A stretch of 60,611 nucleotides of DNA from a virus (Duplodnaviria; Caudoviricetes). The notes under the pieces were generated by a model, which made no database searches, was not told the DNA's origin, and saw only the letters and a list, made by a program, of their open reading frames with translations. Both the position numbers and the translations under genes were made by a program. The stretch spans positions 1-60,611 of IMG/VR virus record IMGVR_UViG_3300019458_000037, one strand, 5' to 3'. Of this stretch, positions 10,153-20,387 are shown piece after piece (within the stretch, counting starts at the first letter, position 1; each line of letters starts with the position of its first letter).

Positions 10153-10545
10153 ATGGCACATGAAGCCCCGGTTTTCACGATCCCAGGCCTTTCGGCTGGC
10201 GCCAGCCTGGTGAACGATCAATATAAGTTCGTCAAGCTCTCGGCGAACAACACCGTGGTGTTGTGCGCGGCGGCCACCGACCGACCGATCGGCGTGTTGC
10301 AGAACAACCCGGCGAGCGGTCAAGCGGCTGAGGTGCTGGGCATCGGGCTCTCCAAGGTCAAAGCGGGAGGGACTATTGCCGCTGGCGATTTGGTCGGCAC
10401 CGATGCCAGTGGGTTGGCCGATACCAAGGTAGCCGGCACCGATACCACGCAGTTCATCTGCGGGCAGGTGGTGCTGGGCGTGACCAACTCAGGTGAGATT
10501 GGCACTGCCTTTATCAACTGCGCCAACATCGCCAGGGCCGCCTAA
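10153..10545 (+). CDS. Capsid cement/decoration protein (DUF2190-like)
   Basis: QYKFVKL...IGVLQNNP..GQAAEV...KVKAGGTIAAGDLV motif. Confidence 0.8.
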   Translation: MAHEAPVFTIPGLSAGASLVNDQYKFVKLSANNTVVLCAAATDRPIGVLQNNPASGQAAEVLGIGLSKVKAGGTIAAGDLVGTDASGLADTKVAGTDTTQFICGQVVLGVTNSGEIGTAFINCANIARAA

Positions 10546-10564
10546 GACCTGAAGGGGGTCTGGT

Positions 10565-10747
10565 ATGCTGACGCTGCAGTCGCTCGAAGAGCACGCGCAG
10601 AATTTGGAAGAATACGCGCGTGCACGACAGGCAACCACGGCGTCACGCGATGAACGCATTTTAGCCGATACGCTCTTGCGACATGCGGTCGGCGCCTTGA
10701 ACGCGATCAGAAAATGGAAGCAGCGCGAGCATAACTTAATGAGGTAA
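10565..10747 (+). CDS. Small hypothetical protein
   Basis: 60-aa ORF filling the gap between cement and capsid genes. Confidence 0.4.
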   Translation: MLTLQSLEEHAQNLEEYARARQATTASRDERILADTLLRHAVGALNAIRKWKQREHNLMR

Positions 10748-10848
10748 GAACGCAGCAACAGAGCCCGCTCGTCGATCCCGCCTGTCTATAGGCCGCACGC
10801 GACGCCGCCTCCTCACAGACAACGTGTCACAGAAAAGGAGGACCGACT

Positions 10849-11841
10849 ATGAGGCAGCGGCTTGCAGTTGCAGGGGTCGTACGCAAAGCGCAGCCGACCC
10901 CAAGCGCACAACACGTCGATGCGGTGCTGACGAATATCAGTGTGGCGTATATCCAATCCCAAGCGGATTTCATCGCCACGCAGGTATTCCCAGTCGTGCC
11001 GGTTGACAAGCAGACGGACAAGTATTACACCTACACGAAGGCGGATTGGTTCCGCGATGAGGCGCAGAAGCGTGCCGATAGCGCTGAGTCGGTCGGCAGC
11101 GGCTACAACCTCTCGACGGATTCCTATTCGTGCGACGTGTGGGCGTTCCATAAGGACGTTGGCGATCAGGCGCGTGCCAATGCGGATGCGCCGATCAACG
11201 TCGATGCCGACGCCACACGGTTCGTGACGAATCGCCTCTTGCTGCGGCAAGAGATTCAATGGGCGTCCGATGCCTTCGCAACTGGCATTTGGGCGACCGA
11301 TAAGGTCGGCACCACTGACTTCGTCAAGTGGTCCGATTATGCCGGCTCGGATCCGCTCACGGATATCGAAGCAGGCAAAGAGACGATCTTATCCTCCACT
11401 GGCTTTATGCCGAACACCTTGGTGCTCGGCTATGGCGTGTGGCGTTTCTTGAAGAACCATCCCGACATCGTGGATCGGATCAAGTACACCAGTTCCGAAA
11501 TGGTGAGCGTCCAATTGCTGGCGCGCATGCTGGAACTGGATCGTGTGCTGATTTCACGCGCGGTGCGCAACACCGCGGTCGAAGGGGCGACGGCCGCCAT
11601 GTCCTTCGTCTTTGGTGGCAACGCCTTGCTCTGCTACGTGAACCCGTCGCCAGGGCTCCTGGTGCCATCGGCTGGGTACACGATGGGCTGGCGCGGAGTG
11701 GCCGGCGCGCTCGGGACCGAAGTGGCCATCAACCGCATGCGGATCGATACCAAAAAGACCGATCGGATCGAAGGCGAGATGGCGTTCGATCATAAGATCG
11801 TAGCCACCGATCTGGGTTATTTCTTCTCCGTCGCGGTCTAA
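10849..11841 (+). CDS. Major capsid protein
   Basis: QPTPSAQHVDAVLTNISVAY...FIATQVFPVVPVDKQ...PNTLVLG motifs; size 330 aa; position. Confidence 0.9.
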   Translation: MRQRLAVAGVVRKAQPTPSAQHVDAVLTNISVAYIQSQADFIATQVFPVVPVDKQTDKYYTYTKADWFRDEAQKRADSAESVGSGYNLSTDSYSCDVWAFHKDVGDQARANADAPINVDADATRFVTNRLLLRQEIQWASDAFATGIWATDKVGTTDFVKWSDYAGSDPLTDIEAGKETILSSTGFMPNTLVLGYGVWRFLKNHPDIVDRIKYTSSEMVSVQLLARMLELDRVLISRAVRNTAVEGATAAMSFVFGGNALLCYVNPSPGLLVPSAGYTMGWRGVAGALGTEVAINRMRIDTKKTDRIEGEMAFDHKIVATDLGYFFSVAV

Positions 11842-11917
11842 CAGGACCGCTGGCAGGTAGTTCATTCGCGGGGTGCCATCCAGCAGCCCGCCACACGAAA
11901 GGATGAGAGGTGCGCAC

Positions 11918-12136
11918 ATGCAAACGATTGTACAAAAGCCCTTCAGGGCGGAAGGCAAGGATCTGCAATCCGGGACAGTGGTGGATTCGACGGGATGGCG
12001 CAACGAGGATGCACTGATTCGCACGCGCTTCCTGCGGCCGCTGCAACCTGGCGAGGAAGTTCCGGTGCAGACCAAGCCACGTCGCATGAAGGCGGGAAGG
12101 AGACCACATGCCAACAAATCAAGTCACGCGCGGTGA
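11918..12136 (+). CDS. Small head-associated protein
   Basis: VQKPFRAEGK...GTVVD..GWRN..ALI pattern directly after the capsid gene; GAGAGG RBS. Confidence 0.55.
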   Translation: MQTIVQKPFRAEGKDLQSGTVVDSTGWRNEDALIRTRFLRPLQPGEEVPVQTKPRRMKAGRRPHANKSSHAR

Positions 12137-12533
12137 TGCCAAAGTTGGCGACCTGAAGTCGCAAGGTTCAAAAGGATTGATCTTCGCGACGATGTTCTAT
12201 GATCCCAATTCTGCGGATACGCCATTCTTCGTCGCCACCAGAAAATGTCGCGTCGTTGGCATCACGGCGCGTGTCGAGGTGGCCGGGACCGATGGTGGGG
12301 CGGTCACCGCGGCCGTAACGAAAGCCGCCTCAGGAACCGCGATACCCTCAGGCACGGCCTTGCATTCAGGGACCGCCAACCTGAAAGGGACCGCGGCGAC
12401 CAATCAGGTCTTGACCTTGAGCACGACGTCGGCGGATTTGGATATCGCAGCAGGCCAAGCGATTGGCGTGAATTTCACAGGCACCATGACTGCGGCGGTG
12501 GGTTGTATCACCGTGGCGCTTGAGCCTCGGTAA
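12108..12533 (+). CDS. Putative head decoration protein
   Basis: A/T/G-rich beta protein; AAGGAG RBS; structural context. Confidence 0.6.
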   Translation: MPTNQVTRGDAKVGDLKSQGSKGLIFATMFYDPNSADTPFFVATRKCRVVGITARVEVAGTDGGAVTAAVTKAASGTAIPSGTALHSGTANLKGTAATNQVLTLSTTSADLDIAAGQAIGVNFTGTMTAAVGCITVALEPR

Positions 12534-12557
12534 CCTTCCTAAAAGGGAGTCTAGGCG

Positions 12558-12908
12558 ATGAGGCGCGAAATGTTCAGAGGGGCCATTGATGCGAACGCTG
12601 GCAATGTGCACGTACCAGCCTCCAATACGGCCGCCGTGATCACGATCCCTGCAGTGGCCAAGACGCGAATCATCATTGAGGATATTTTTTCCTCATATAG
12701 CTTAAATCCGAGCGGAGGACGGCTGCAGATGACTGATGGCGGCACAACGGTGTTGGATATCGACATCACTGAAACTGGGATACGGCACTTGATTTCACAG
12801 CCGCTACGAGCCGAAATCAATTCCGAGGTTGTCGTGACGCTGGCGGCCGGCGGTGTGTCGGCAGTTGGCAAATTGAATGTCTATTGGCGTCGCGTGACTG
12901 AGAACTAA
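12558..12908 (+). CDS. Putative virion protein
   Basis: RBS present; stop abuts the next start. Confidence 0.55.
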   Translation: MRREMFRGAIDANAGNVHVPASNTAAVITIPAVAKTRIIIEDIFSSYSLNPSGGRLQMTDGGTTVLDIDITETGIRHLISQPLRAEINSEVVVTLAAGGVSAVGKLNVYWRRVTEN

Positions 12909-13303
12909 TGTCGTGGTCCTATAATCCAGGATTGGAAAAGCCGCTCGATCAGGTGCGCTTCCTGGTCGGCGATACGAAGATCGCCAAGCAATTGGTGCAG
13001 GATGAAGAAATCAATTGGGCACTCAAGCAGGAGCACAATATCTATATGGCAGCGGCCTCGGTTGCGGACAAATTGGCGACCGAGAGCCGAGGGCTGCGCA
13101 GCCGTACCACTGGGTCACTCAGTCGCACCTTTGGCCCAGAATTCTGGACCGCGCGCGCCTCTGATCTGCGCAAGCGAGGATCGACCCATCAAGTGCTCAG
13201 CGCAGGAGGATTGTCAATTTCAGGCAAAGAGGTGCAGGAATTGGATAGCGACGCCGTGCAACCGGCGATCAAGCGAGGCATGCACGACAACGAACTGGAT
13301 TAA
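12908..13303 (+). CDS. Head-to-tail adaptor
   Basis: MSWSY...DQVRFLVGDT...LVQDEEI motif; position. Confidence 0.75.
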   Translation: MSWSYNPGLEKPLDQVRFLVGDTKIAKQLVQDEEINWALKQEHNIYMAAASVADKLATESRGLRSRTTGSLSRTFGPEFWTARASDLRKRGSTHQVLSAGGLSISGKEVQELDSDAVQPAIKRGMHDNELD

Positions 13304-13308
13304 CCAAG

Positions 13309-13635
13309 ATGTCGTTTGATGACGATTTCATTGAAGACATGCCAAGCACGGTGGTCATTGAGCCATGGCAATCAGGAGACGCCTATAGCAAGCCAACCTA
13401 CGGCGCGGCAGTCTCGTATCGCTGCCGTCTCGAAGCCGGGGCACATCGCATTCTTGACGCCAATGGGCAGGAGGTCGTCAGCATGACGCGTCTGTTTCTG
13501 GCTGGCAGTTTTGCGATTTCGACGAAGGATCGTCTCACGATGCCAGCCGGCACGATCCCGTCGCGGCCACCCATTAAGCGTGTCGACCAGGTGCACGACG
13601 AGGAAGGACCGCACCATACGGTGGTGCATATTTAA
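13309..13635 (+). CDS. Head closure/stopper protein
   Basis: DAYSKPTYG...DANGQEVVS...DEEGPHH pattern; position. Confidence 0.7.
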   Translation: MSFDDDFIEDMPSTVVIEPWQSGDAYSKPTYGAAVSYRCRLEAGAHRILDANGQEVVSMTRLFLAGSFAISTKDRLTMPAGTIPSRPPIKRVDQVHDEEGPHHTVVHI

Positions 13636-13638
13636 CCG

Positions 13639-14073
13639 ATGGAAGCCTCATTCGAACTCGAAGGTGCCGAGAGGCTGCAGGCTGCGCTGCAGCGTCTAGG
13701 GCCGCGTGCGCTGGAGCTTGGCGGGCGCGCCATTCGCACCGAAGCCGAGCTAATCATGACGAAAGCCAAGCGTCGCACGCCAGTCGATACTGGCAACCTG
13801 CGCGCCAGCGGGCACGTGCAAGGGCCGACCTTCTCACGCGAAGGCGCGACGGTGGTGCTCGGGTTCGGTGGCGTCGCCGGTTCAGGCAATCATGGCAATG
13901 CCACCAACGACGAGGAAGTCGGCTACGCCGTCTATGTGCACGAGGATTTGACGAAGAACCATCCGGTAGGGCAGGCGAAATTTTTGGAATCCGCCATCCG
14001 AGAAGCCATCTCAGGGATGTCCTCTCGTTTGGCACAGCGCATACGGCGCGAGGGATTGACGAGCAAGACATGA
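13639..14073 (+). CDS. HK97 gp10-like neck/tail completion protein
   Basis: TPVDTGNLRASG...YAVYVHE...GQAKFLE. Confidence 0.85.
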   Translation: MEASFELEGAERLQAALQRLGPRALELGGRAIRTEAELIMTKAKRRTPVDTGNLRASGHVQGPTFSREGATVVLGFGGVAGSGNHGNATNDEEVGYAVYVHEDLTKNHPVGQAKFLESAIREAISGMSSRLAQRIRREGLTSKT

Positions 14074-14471
14074 GCTTGTTGGATGACGTGGGGTTGGTCT
14101 TGCAGAATAATGCCATTGGGATCTTAGGCGTGGATCTATTTCTCGGCATGCGCCCTGATACGCCAGACGTCTGCGTGGCGGTCATGGAAACCCAAGGGCT
14201 CGAACCGATTGAAGGCTACGGCGCGCAGCCGATGGACTATCTGATTGACCGTCCCTCCGCGCAATTCGTGGCGCGTGCGTTCGACTACGTCTCGGCAGTC
14301 AATAAAGCGGTGGCCGCCTATAAGGTGCTGCATGGCTTTCATGGCCTCGTCAACGGTGTCAATTATCTGGCGATGCGCGCCGCGCAGCCTCCGTTTCGTA
14401 TCGGCACCGATCAAAACGACCGGTTCTTGGTTGGGTTCAATCTTAATTTCTTGAAAGCGCCCCCGCCCTAA
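14070..14471 (+). CDS. Tail terminator (Bacillus-phage 'minor capsid' family)
   Basis: DLFLGMRPDTPD...QPPFRIGTDQNDR...FNL. Confidence 0.75.
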   Translation: MSLLDDVGLVLQNNAIGILGVDLFLGMRPDTPDVCVAVMETQGLEPIEGYGAQPMDYLIDRPSAQFVARAFDYVSAVNKAVAAYKVLHGFHGLVNGVNYLAMRAAQPPFRIGTDQNDRFLVGFNLNFLKAPPP

Positions 14472-14506
14472 AGGCGTGCGCGTGCCTTTAGCCAAGGGAG
14501 GATGTT

Positions 14507-14935
14507 ATGGCCACAGCGGCAATCTCAGCATACGGAACCCTGATTAAGCGGGGGGACAGTGGGTCGCCAGAGACCTTTACGACCGTGCCAGAAGTGCGCT
14601 CGATTGACGGCCCTTCGATGGAGACCGATGAAGCCGAGGTGACGACGCATTCCTCGGCTGCCTCCGGGGCGTTTCGAGAATATATCTTGACCCTGATCGA
14701 TGCCGGCACATTGGATTTTGAAATCAATTACGTGCCATCGGATCCAGTGCATCAAGGCATCAGAGATGACTTTCTGAATCGCACCAAAAGGAATTGGCAG
14801 GTCGTGCTCCCGGGCGCCATCCAGACGATCAGCTTTACGGCCTACGTGCGCACGATGCCGCTCTCATTTCCGACCGACGACGCCATTACGGCGGCGATCA
14901 GTCTGCGTCTCACCGGCGGCCCGACCTTCAGTTAA
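14507..14935 (+). CDS. Major tail tube protein
   Basis: FTTVPEVRSIDGP...EVTTH...REYI..LIDAG...LRLTGGP (lambda-like tail tube family). Confidence 0.85.
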   Translation: MATAAISAYGTLIKRGDSGSPETFTTVPEVRSIDGPSMETDEAEVTTHSSAASGAFREYILTLIDAGTLDFEINYVPSDPVHQGIRDDFLNRTKRNWQVVLPGAIQTISFTAYVRTMPLSFPTDDAITAAISLRLTGGPTFS

Positions 14936-15065
14936 GCGCCGGCAGCGGTCGAGTAGGTCGCAGTCGAGGAACGCTATGGGTAGCACGCGGAACTCATTGG
15001 GGACGCCGAAATCCAACGGATTTCAGGTGGGTTTTGAGCCCTTTACTGAGCATTAAGGAGGTCTT

Positions 15066-15446
15066 ATGGCGCGCACAACGATCCCTGCAGCTTCGATCAT
15101 TACACCGGTCGGTCCCTATCCGACCTTGCAGCCGGCAGCCAATTCGCTGGATCTGGTTTTCCAGGCCGCCGATACCGTCAATCAAAACCAATTCGCACTC
15201 GGGTTTGGCAAATACGTCGTCCTGGCACGCAACACACATGCCACGACCACCTACACCGTGACGTTCACCAGCGCGGTCGATCCTCGCACGAAGCGCTCAG
15301 GCAATATCACGGCCTACAGCCTGGAGGCTGGCGACCAGATGGCGTTCTTGATTGACAGTCAAGATGGCTGGAAGCAAACCGACGGCATGTTCTATCTGGA
15401 GGCGAATAACGCGTCAGTGCAATTTTGCATTTTGCGAATCACGTAA
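15066..15446 (+). CDS. Putative tail-associated protein
   Basis: TAAGGAGG RBS; lies between tail tube and chaperone genes. Confidence 0.6.
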   Translation: MARTTIPAASIITPVGPYPTLQPAANSLDLVFQAADTVNQNQFALGFGKYVVLARNTHATTTYTVTFTSAVDPRTKRSGNITAYSLEAGDQMAFLIDSQDGWKQTDGMFYLEANNASVQFCILRIT

Positions 15447-15488
15447 CGAGAGCGCACGGCCATCACCCATAAACATAAAGGAGGCATC

Positions 15489-15920
15489 ATGGCCAGTCCC
15501 AACGGATCGAGCGAGTTTTTATCCAAAGATGACATTCTTGGGGTGGACGACTATGAATACGAAGACGTCCATATTCCTGAATGGGGCGGCAAAAAGGTAC
15601 GCGTCTGCCGTCTCACCGGCACGGCACGCGACGCCTTTGAAGCGGAGGGCATTCAACAGCGGGGGCGTAGCTTCTCAGTCAATATGCAGAACCTTCGTGC
15701 TCGCTTGCTTGTGCGCACCTTGGTCAACGAGAAAGGCGACCGACTGTTCAACGACCAAGAGATACAGAAGTTGGGCAGCAAGAGCGCCAAGGTTTTGGAT
15801 CGAATCTTCACGGTGGCCCAGCGGTTGTCAGGCCTGCGCACGGAGGATATCGAGAGTCTGGCAAAAAACTCCGACGCCGGCCAGAGCGACGATTCTACCA
15901 CCGACTCGCTCTCGCTCTGA
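15489..15920 (+). CDS. Tail assembly chaperone (gpG-like)
   Basis: VHIPEWGG...RLF...LGSKSAKVLDRIF.VAQRLSG...LAKN; upstream of tape measure gene. Confidence 0.85.
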   Translation: MASPNGSSEFLSKDDILGVDDYEYEDVHIPEWGGKKVRVCRLTGTARDAFEAEGIQQRGRSFSVNMQNLRARLLVRTLVNEKGDRLFNDQEIQKLGSKSAKVLDRIFTVAQRLSGLRTEDIESLAKNSDAGQSDDSTTDSLSL

Positions 15921-16219
15921 GGTACCGTTCTGTCCGGCACTTGCTCAAGTCATTGAATTCCTACGAACTGACTGAGTGGTACGTCTATGAGCAGATCGAA
16001 CCATTTGGCGAGCGCGGGGCGTATTTTCGCAACGCGATGCTCTGCGCCATCATGGCGAATCCTCATCGCAAGAAGGGGACGAAATCCTTGAAGGTGCAGG
16101 ACTTCATGCCGAAGTTCGATGACGATGGACAGGAGAAGCCTGGAGCAACGGCGCAGTTGCAGCACTCGATGGAAATGGCGGCCGAATACTTTAAGATACA
16201 AGAAAGCAAAAAAGGATAG
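15863..16219 (+). CDS. gpGT-like extension produced by -1 ribosomal frameshift
   Basis: Slippery A-AAA-AAC at 15863-15869; the -1 frame reads KLRRRPERRFYHRLALAL...SYELTEW...EPFG with no stop. Confidence 0.85.
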   Translation, partial: KKLRRRPERRFYHRLALALRYRSVRHLLKSLNSYELTEWYVYEQIEPFGERGAYFRNAMLCAIMANPHRKKGTKSLKVQDFMPKFDDDGQEKPGATAQLQHSMEMAAEYFKIQESKKG

Positions 16220-16221
16220 GC

Positions 16222-18672
16222 ATGGCGACCATTGAAACCTTGACCGCCAAACTCAATCTCGATATTGGCAATTGGACCTCGAACCTCACGAAGGCTCAGA
16301 AATCTCTCGGCGCCATCGGCGTCACCTCAGTGCTGGTCGGCAATCTGCTTACGAAACTCAGTGAAACCGCGCTGTCCGTAGGAAAAGATTTAGTCAAATT
16401 CCCTATTGAGGCGACCAAGGCGGCTGGGCGTTATGCCGATAGCATGGATGCGCTCTCTGCGCAGACCGGTATTGCCACCCAAGCCCTGCAGGGGTACGGC
16501 ACGATCTTGCGGCGCGTTGGGGTCGAGACGCACGGTCTTGGAATATCGATGCGCACCTTGGCCATGCGGCTGCAAGATGTGCGCCAAGGCAGCATTGAGG
16601 GCACGCGCACATTCCAGGAATTAGGACTGAGCTTAACCGGGCGTGAATCCCCTGCCGAAGTCTTCAATATGGTGGCCGATGCGCTCGGCAGAATGCCAGC
16701 CAGCTTTACGCGCTCCGCGTTGGCGAGTGAATTGTTTGGGCGCCAAGCACAGGGCATGCTACAGGCGATCAATGAGGGGCCTGGTGCCTTTCGGCGCGCC
16801 GCGCTAGAGGCCGAGCGTATGGGGTTGGTCTTGAGCGGGACGACCCAGAAGGCGCTGCTCGGTGCGGATGATGCCTTCGATAATCTCACGTCGGCCATGC
16901 AAGGCTTCACCATCCAAGTTGGCGTGGCCTTTGCCCCGGCCATAACTCTCTTGACCAATCTGTTGGTGGAGGCGACGATCATTGCCACAGATTTCTTCCG
17001 AGTGATCAGCGGAGAGGCCGACAAAAAATTACTCGAAGACATTAACAAGCTCTCCAAGGACTTCCTTGCGTTGCAAAAACAGCGCGTGGAATTGGCCGAA
17101 AAGATACGAGCAGGGGTGGATATTGAGGAAGCCAAGCAGACGCGCCTCGGTAAGGAAACCGTCGAGCGCACGCAACTCGCCATCGTCCTCATGGAAAAGA
17201 TGGGGACGAGCTTTGAAATTGCGTTTGACCTCGCCGCGAAAGGCTACCGTTTGGCTGGGGCCGAGCAACTGAAGTTCATCGAAAACACCGTGGCGGCTGG
17301 GAATGCGCAGAAGGCGCTCGGAGAATTCCTACTACAGCAGCAGCAGCGGCAACCGCTGCCAGTGACCAACGTGCCTGGACCTCCCAGTCAACAGCAGATC
17401 ATCGGCGAAGAGGCGGTGAAGCAGGCGCAAGCCGCCCATGAAGGCTTACTGAACGTCCAGCGCATGGAGGCGGCAGAGACCTTGCGGAGGCTAGAGATTC
17501 AAGACCGACTGGGGATTAGCATTGAACAACAATTGGCTAATGAAAAGGAAGCGGCACTGCTACAAGAGGAATTGAATGAGAGTTATCGCACGCGTTTTGA
17601 AATTCTTGAGAGCAACGCGTCGGTCTACGACACGCTGTTCAAGAGCGAGGAGACCTACGCCGCAGTTACTCGACAAACAACGGCCAAGGTGGATAGTCTT
17701 CGCTTCCATGCCACCGAAGCGCAATTGGTGCGCCAGGCGTTGGAGACTGCCAAGCTACAAGAACAATACGATCTACGCGTGATTACTGCCAGGGAGTTTC
17801 AAGATCGATTGTTTGCACTCGAAGAACAGGGAGTGAATGACCGCTTGCGCATTGTCGAGCGGTTCCCCTCGTTCTGGGAAAAGCAGTTACAAGATATTGT
17901 CTCGGCGAACGTCTTTTCCATGGGCCTTATCATCTCCACATGGACGAGCGGATTGGCGCGAGCGATTGTACAGTGGCAGGATTTCAACTCAGTCCTGCAG
18001 CAGTTATGGCAGCAGACTGCCACCACGCTCTTGCAAAGCCTTTTGAATTTCCTCGTGCAATGGTTGGCCGAATTGGCGCTGGCGGCGCTCAGAGAGCAAG
18101 CTATTTGGGTGGCGCTGAACGCGTTCAAGACGACGCTGCTTGGCCAAGAGGCCGCCGCGAAGACTGCCGCCGCCATTGCAGGGACAAAGATCGAAGCGGC
18201 CTCTGCCGGGAGCACCGTTGCTGCAATGTCGGCCGTCGGGGCTGCCGCCCTAGGGATGGCAACCGCGGTAGTTACGTTAACCGTTGCCTTCTATGAAGCC
18301 TTGGCGGTGGCCGCGGCAGCATCGGTCTATGGCGCGCCAGCCGCGCCTGGCTTCGCGGCTGCAGGTGCGGCCATAGCTGCAGCAGGCGTCACCGCGATTG
18401 CGGCGGCGGCGGCTGGGATGACTGCCGCCACGTCAGCCGCAGGCGGCGCGATTGCCGGGCTTGGCGCCTTTGCTGAAGGCGGATTGGTTACCAGACCAAT
18501 GATCGGTTTGTTTGGCGAGGCAGGCCCTGAGTTGGTTATTCCATTAAATAAAGTAGGATCGATGCTCGGAGGCGAACAGACTATCATTGTTGAGCTTGAC
18601 GGGCGCGTGCTGATGAAGCATACCGCACGTCGACTCCCAGCTACTTTGCGCTTGAAAGGATTGCCTGCATGA
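16222..18672 (+). CDS. Tail tape measure protein
   Basis: 816-aa Ala-rich helical protein with C-terminal FAEGGLVTRPMIGLFGEAGPELVIPL. Confidence 0.9.
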   Translation: MATIETLTAKLNLDIGNWTSNLTKAQKSLGAIGVTSVLVGNLLTKLSETALSVGKDLVKFPIEATKAAGRYADSMDALSAQTGIATQALQGYGTILRRVGVETHGLGISMRTLAMRLQDVRQGSIEGTRTFQELGLSLTGRESPAEVFNMVADALGRMPASFTRSALASELFGRQAQGMLQAINEGPGAFRRAALEAERMGLVLSGTTQKALLGADDAFDNLTSAMQGFTIQVGVAFAPAITLLTNLLVEATIIATDFFRVISGEADKKLLEDINKLSKDFLALQKQRVELAEKIRAGVDIEEAKQTRLGKETVERTQLAIVLMEKMGTSFEIAFDLAAKGYRLAGAEQLKFIENTVAAGNAQKALGEFLLQQQQRQPLPVTNVPGPPSQQQIIGEEAVKQAQAAHEGLLNVQRMEAAETLRRLEIQDRLGISIEQQLANEKEAALLQEELNESYRTRFEILESNASVYDTLFKSEETYAAVTRQTTAKVDSLRFHATEAQLVRQALETAKLQEQYDLRVITAREFQDRLFALEEQGVNDRLRIVERFPSFWEKQLQDIVSANVFSMGLIISTWTSGLARAIVQWQDFNSVLQQLWQQTATTLLQSLLNFLVQWLAELALAALREQAIWVALNAFKTTLLGQEAAAKTAAAIAGTKIEAASAGSTVAAMSAVGAAALGMATAVVTLTVAFYEALAVAAAASVYGAPAAPGFAAAGAAIAAAGVTAIAAAAAGMTAATSAAGGAIAGLGAFAEGGLVTRPMIGLFGEAGPELVIPLNKVGSMLGGEQTIIVELDGRVLMKHTARRLPATLRLKGLPA

Positions 18673-20387
18673 TGTTCGGAGGCACCCCGCTCGCAAGCAG
18701 TGCGCTGGCCTCGCATACGCCCTTCTCGACCGCTGTCGTCGATGCCGAGGATCGTCAGCCTTACCACGTTCTCATTAACAACGTGCACCGCCCAGACGTC
18801 TTGTTCGAATCATTCGGCGCAACACTCACGATTGGCGAGCAGGACAATGCCTCGCTGACGATTGTCAATCCTATCGTACCGCCAGTGCTGGGTGATGAAA
18901 TCGAGGTGCGGTTTTTTGGGGAGGTGCTGATTGCAGGGACGATCAATTCACTGAGGATTGAACGTGACATGGCGGCAGCCGTCACGAGCTACAACATCGA
19001 GATAGTCGATTGGGCGCAACTGCTCTCACGACATAAAGTTCGTAGGAATTTTTTCAACATGCCGCTGGCCGCCATTGCGGCCTCACTCCTGGATAATGAA
19101 CTTGCTGGCGAGGGATTGTCGATTGGCACGATTGATTCGCCAGTAACGATCCCGCTCGTCGATGCACGCAGCGCCAACGCGCTGGATGTGCTGCGCGAGG
19201 CTGGCGCCTCCGCCGGTCAAGTACTCAAAGTTGACTCACAACGAAGGATTCATTTTCTATCTACCTCGGTTGGTACCGCGCCATCGCTCGACGACAGCAG
19301 GCTCGAAGAAATCTCACTAGAAGATAGCCGCGACGATTACGCCAACCGCCAAACGGTGATTGCCGAAGGGACGCCGGCCCTTAGCCAAGCGGCACTTGTG
19401 TCGATCTTTACGGCGAGCAATCAAGATCAAATCGATGAGCGTGCCGCCGTTGAAGGCGGATCAGGCATTTATGAAATGATGACGGAAGTCAGGCATCCGT
19501 TCTCGAACCTAGCCATTGACGTGAACCTGCTGGCGCGCAGCGTGGCGACGATTAAGTTGGCCGTTTCTGAGACGCCAAAGCGCACCATACGTTGTCGCGT
19601 ACGAGGGTACGGCTTTCGCCCATTCCAAGAGATAGAGGTGGCGTTCCCTGGATTTGGCATCGCCGGCACATGGCTGGTGCAATCTGCAGAAATTCACCAG
19701 GATGGTGACGTAAAGCTGTTGTACGATTTGGAATTGACTGAGACCACCTTTTTGCGACGCGCGTATGAATCCTGGCTGGAGATTATCGCACAAGGCAAGA
19801 TCATTATAGTCGCCCCTGGCATGGTGGCCCCGGAGGCGTTCGTCGAGGAATTCAATACAGTCGGTGCGACCAACTGGGTAGCGCCCGCCAATACCGTAGT
19901 AACGATTACCGCCTGGGGAGGCAGCGGCGGCGGAGGCGGAGGCGTACAGTTGTTCTCTACCGGCTGCGTCATGCTAGGGCATGAACCTGGCGGCAAAGGC
20001 GGCAATAGCGGGAAAGTCACCTCCAGCGTCAGCGTGGTGGCAGGCGACCAATTCGACATTGTGATTGGTGCGGCTGGAGTAGCAGGGCTAAACGGGAACA
20101 ACGGCAACGAGTTTCCTTCGTGCATCACCTATATCAACCCCACGAACGGCACGAATGGTGGCGACACGACGGTGCATCGCAGCGGAGTGCCGCTGGCGAT
20201 TGCCGAAAAGGGCGGCGGTGGTAAGGCGCACGATGAAGGCTCGACGCCAGGCAGTACTGGCGGTGGCAGCGGCGGGATCGTGAAAGTCGGCGGCGGGCGT
20301 GTCGGTGGGAAGGCTGGTAGCGGGCAGCAGCCTAGCGACGCTGGCAATGGTATCAAGGGAAAGGTCAAGCTAGAATATGTCGTTTAA
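18669..20387 (+). CDS. Minor tail/baseplate hub protein with Gly-rich C-terminal domain
   Basis: Follows the tape measure gene; C-terminal GGSGGGGGG...GGKGG repeats. Confidence 0.7.
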   Translation: MMFGGTPLASSALASHTPFSTAVVDAEDRQPYHVLINNVHRPDVLFESFGATLTIGEQDNASLTIVNPIVPPVLGDEIEVRFFGEVLIAGTINSLRIERDMAAAVTSYNIEIVDWAQLLSRHKVRRNFFNMPLAAIAASLLDNELAGEGLSIGTIDSPVTIPLVDARSANALDVLREAGASAGQVLKVDSQRRIHFLSTSVGTAPSLDDSRLEEISLEDSRDDYANRQTVIAEGTPALSQAALVSIFTASNQDQIDERAAVEGGSGIYEMMTEVRHPFSNLAIDVNLLARSVATIKLAVSETPKRTIRCRVRGYGFRPFQEIEVAFPGFGIAGTWLVQSAEIHQDGDVKLLYDLELTETTFLRRAYESWLEIIAQGKIIIVAPGMVAPEAFVEEFNTVGATNWVAPANTVVTITAWGGSGGGGGGVQLFSTGCVMLGHEPGGKGGNSGKVTSSVSVVAGDQFDIVIGAAGVAGLNGNNGNEFPSCITYINPTNGTNGGDTTVHRSGVPLAIAEKGGGGKAHDEGSTPGSTGGGSGGIVKVGGGRVGGKAGSGQQPSDAGNGIKGKVKLEYVV

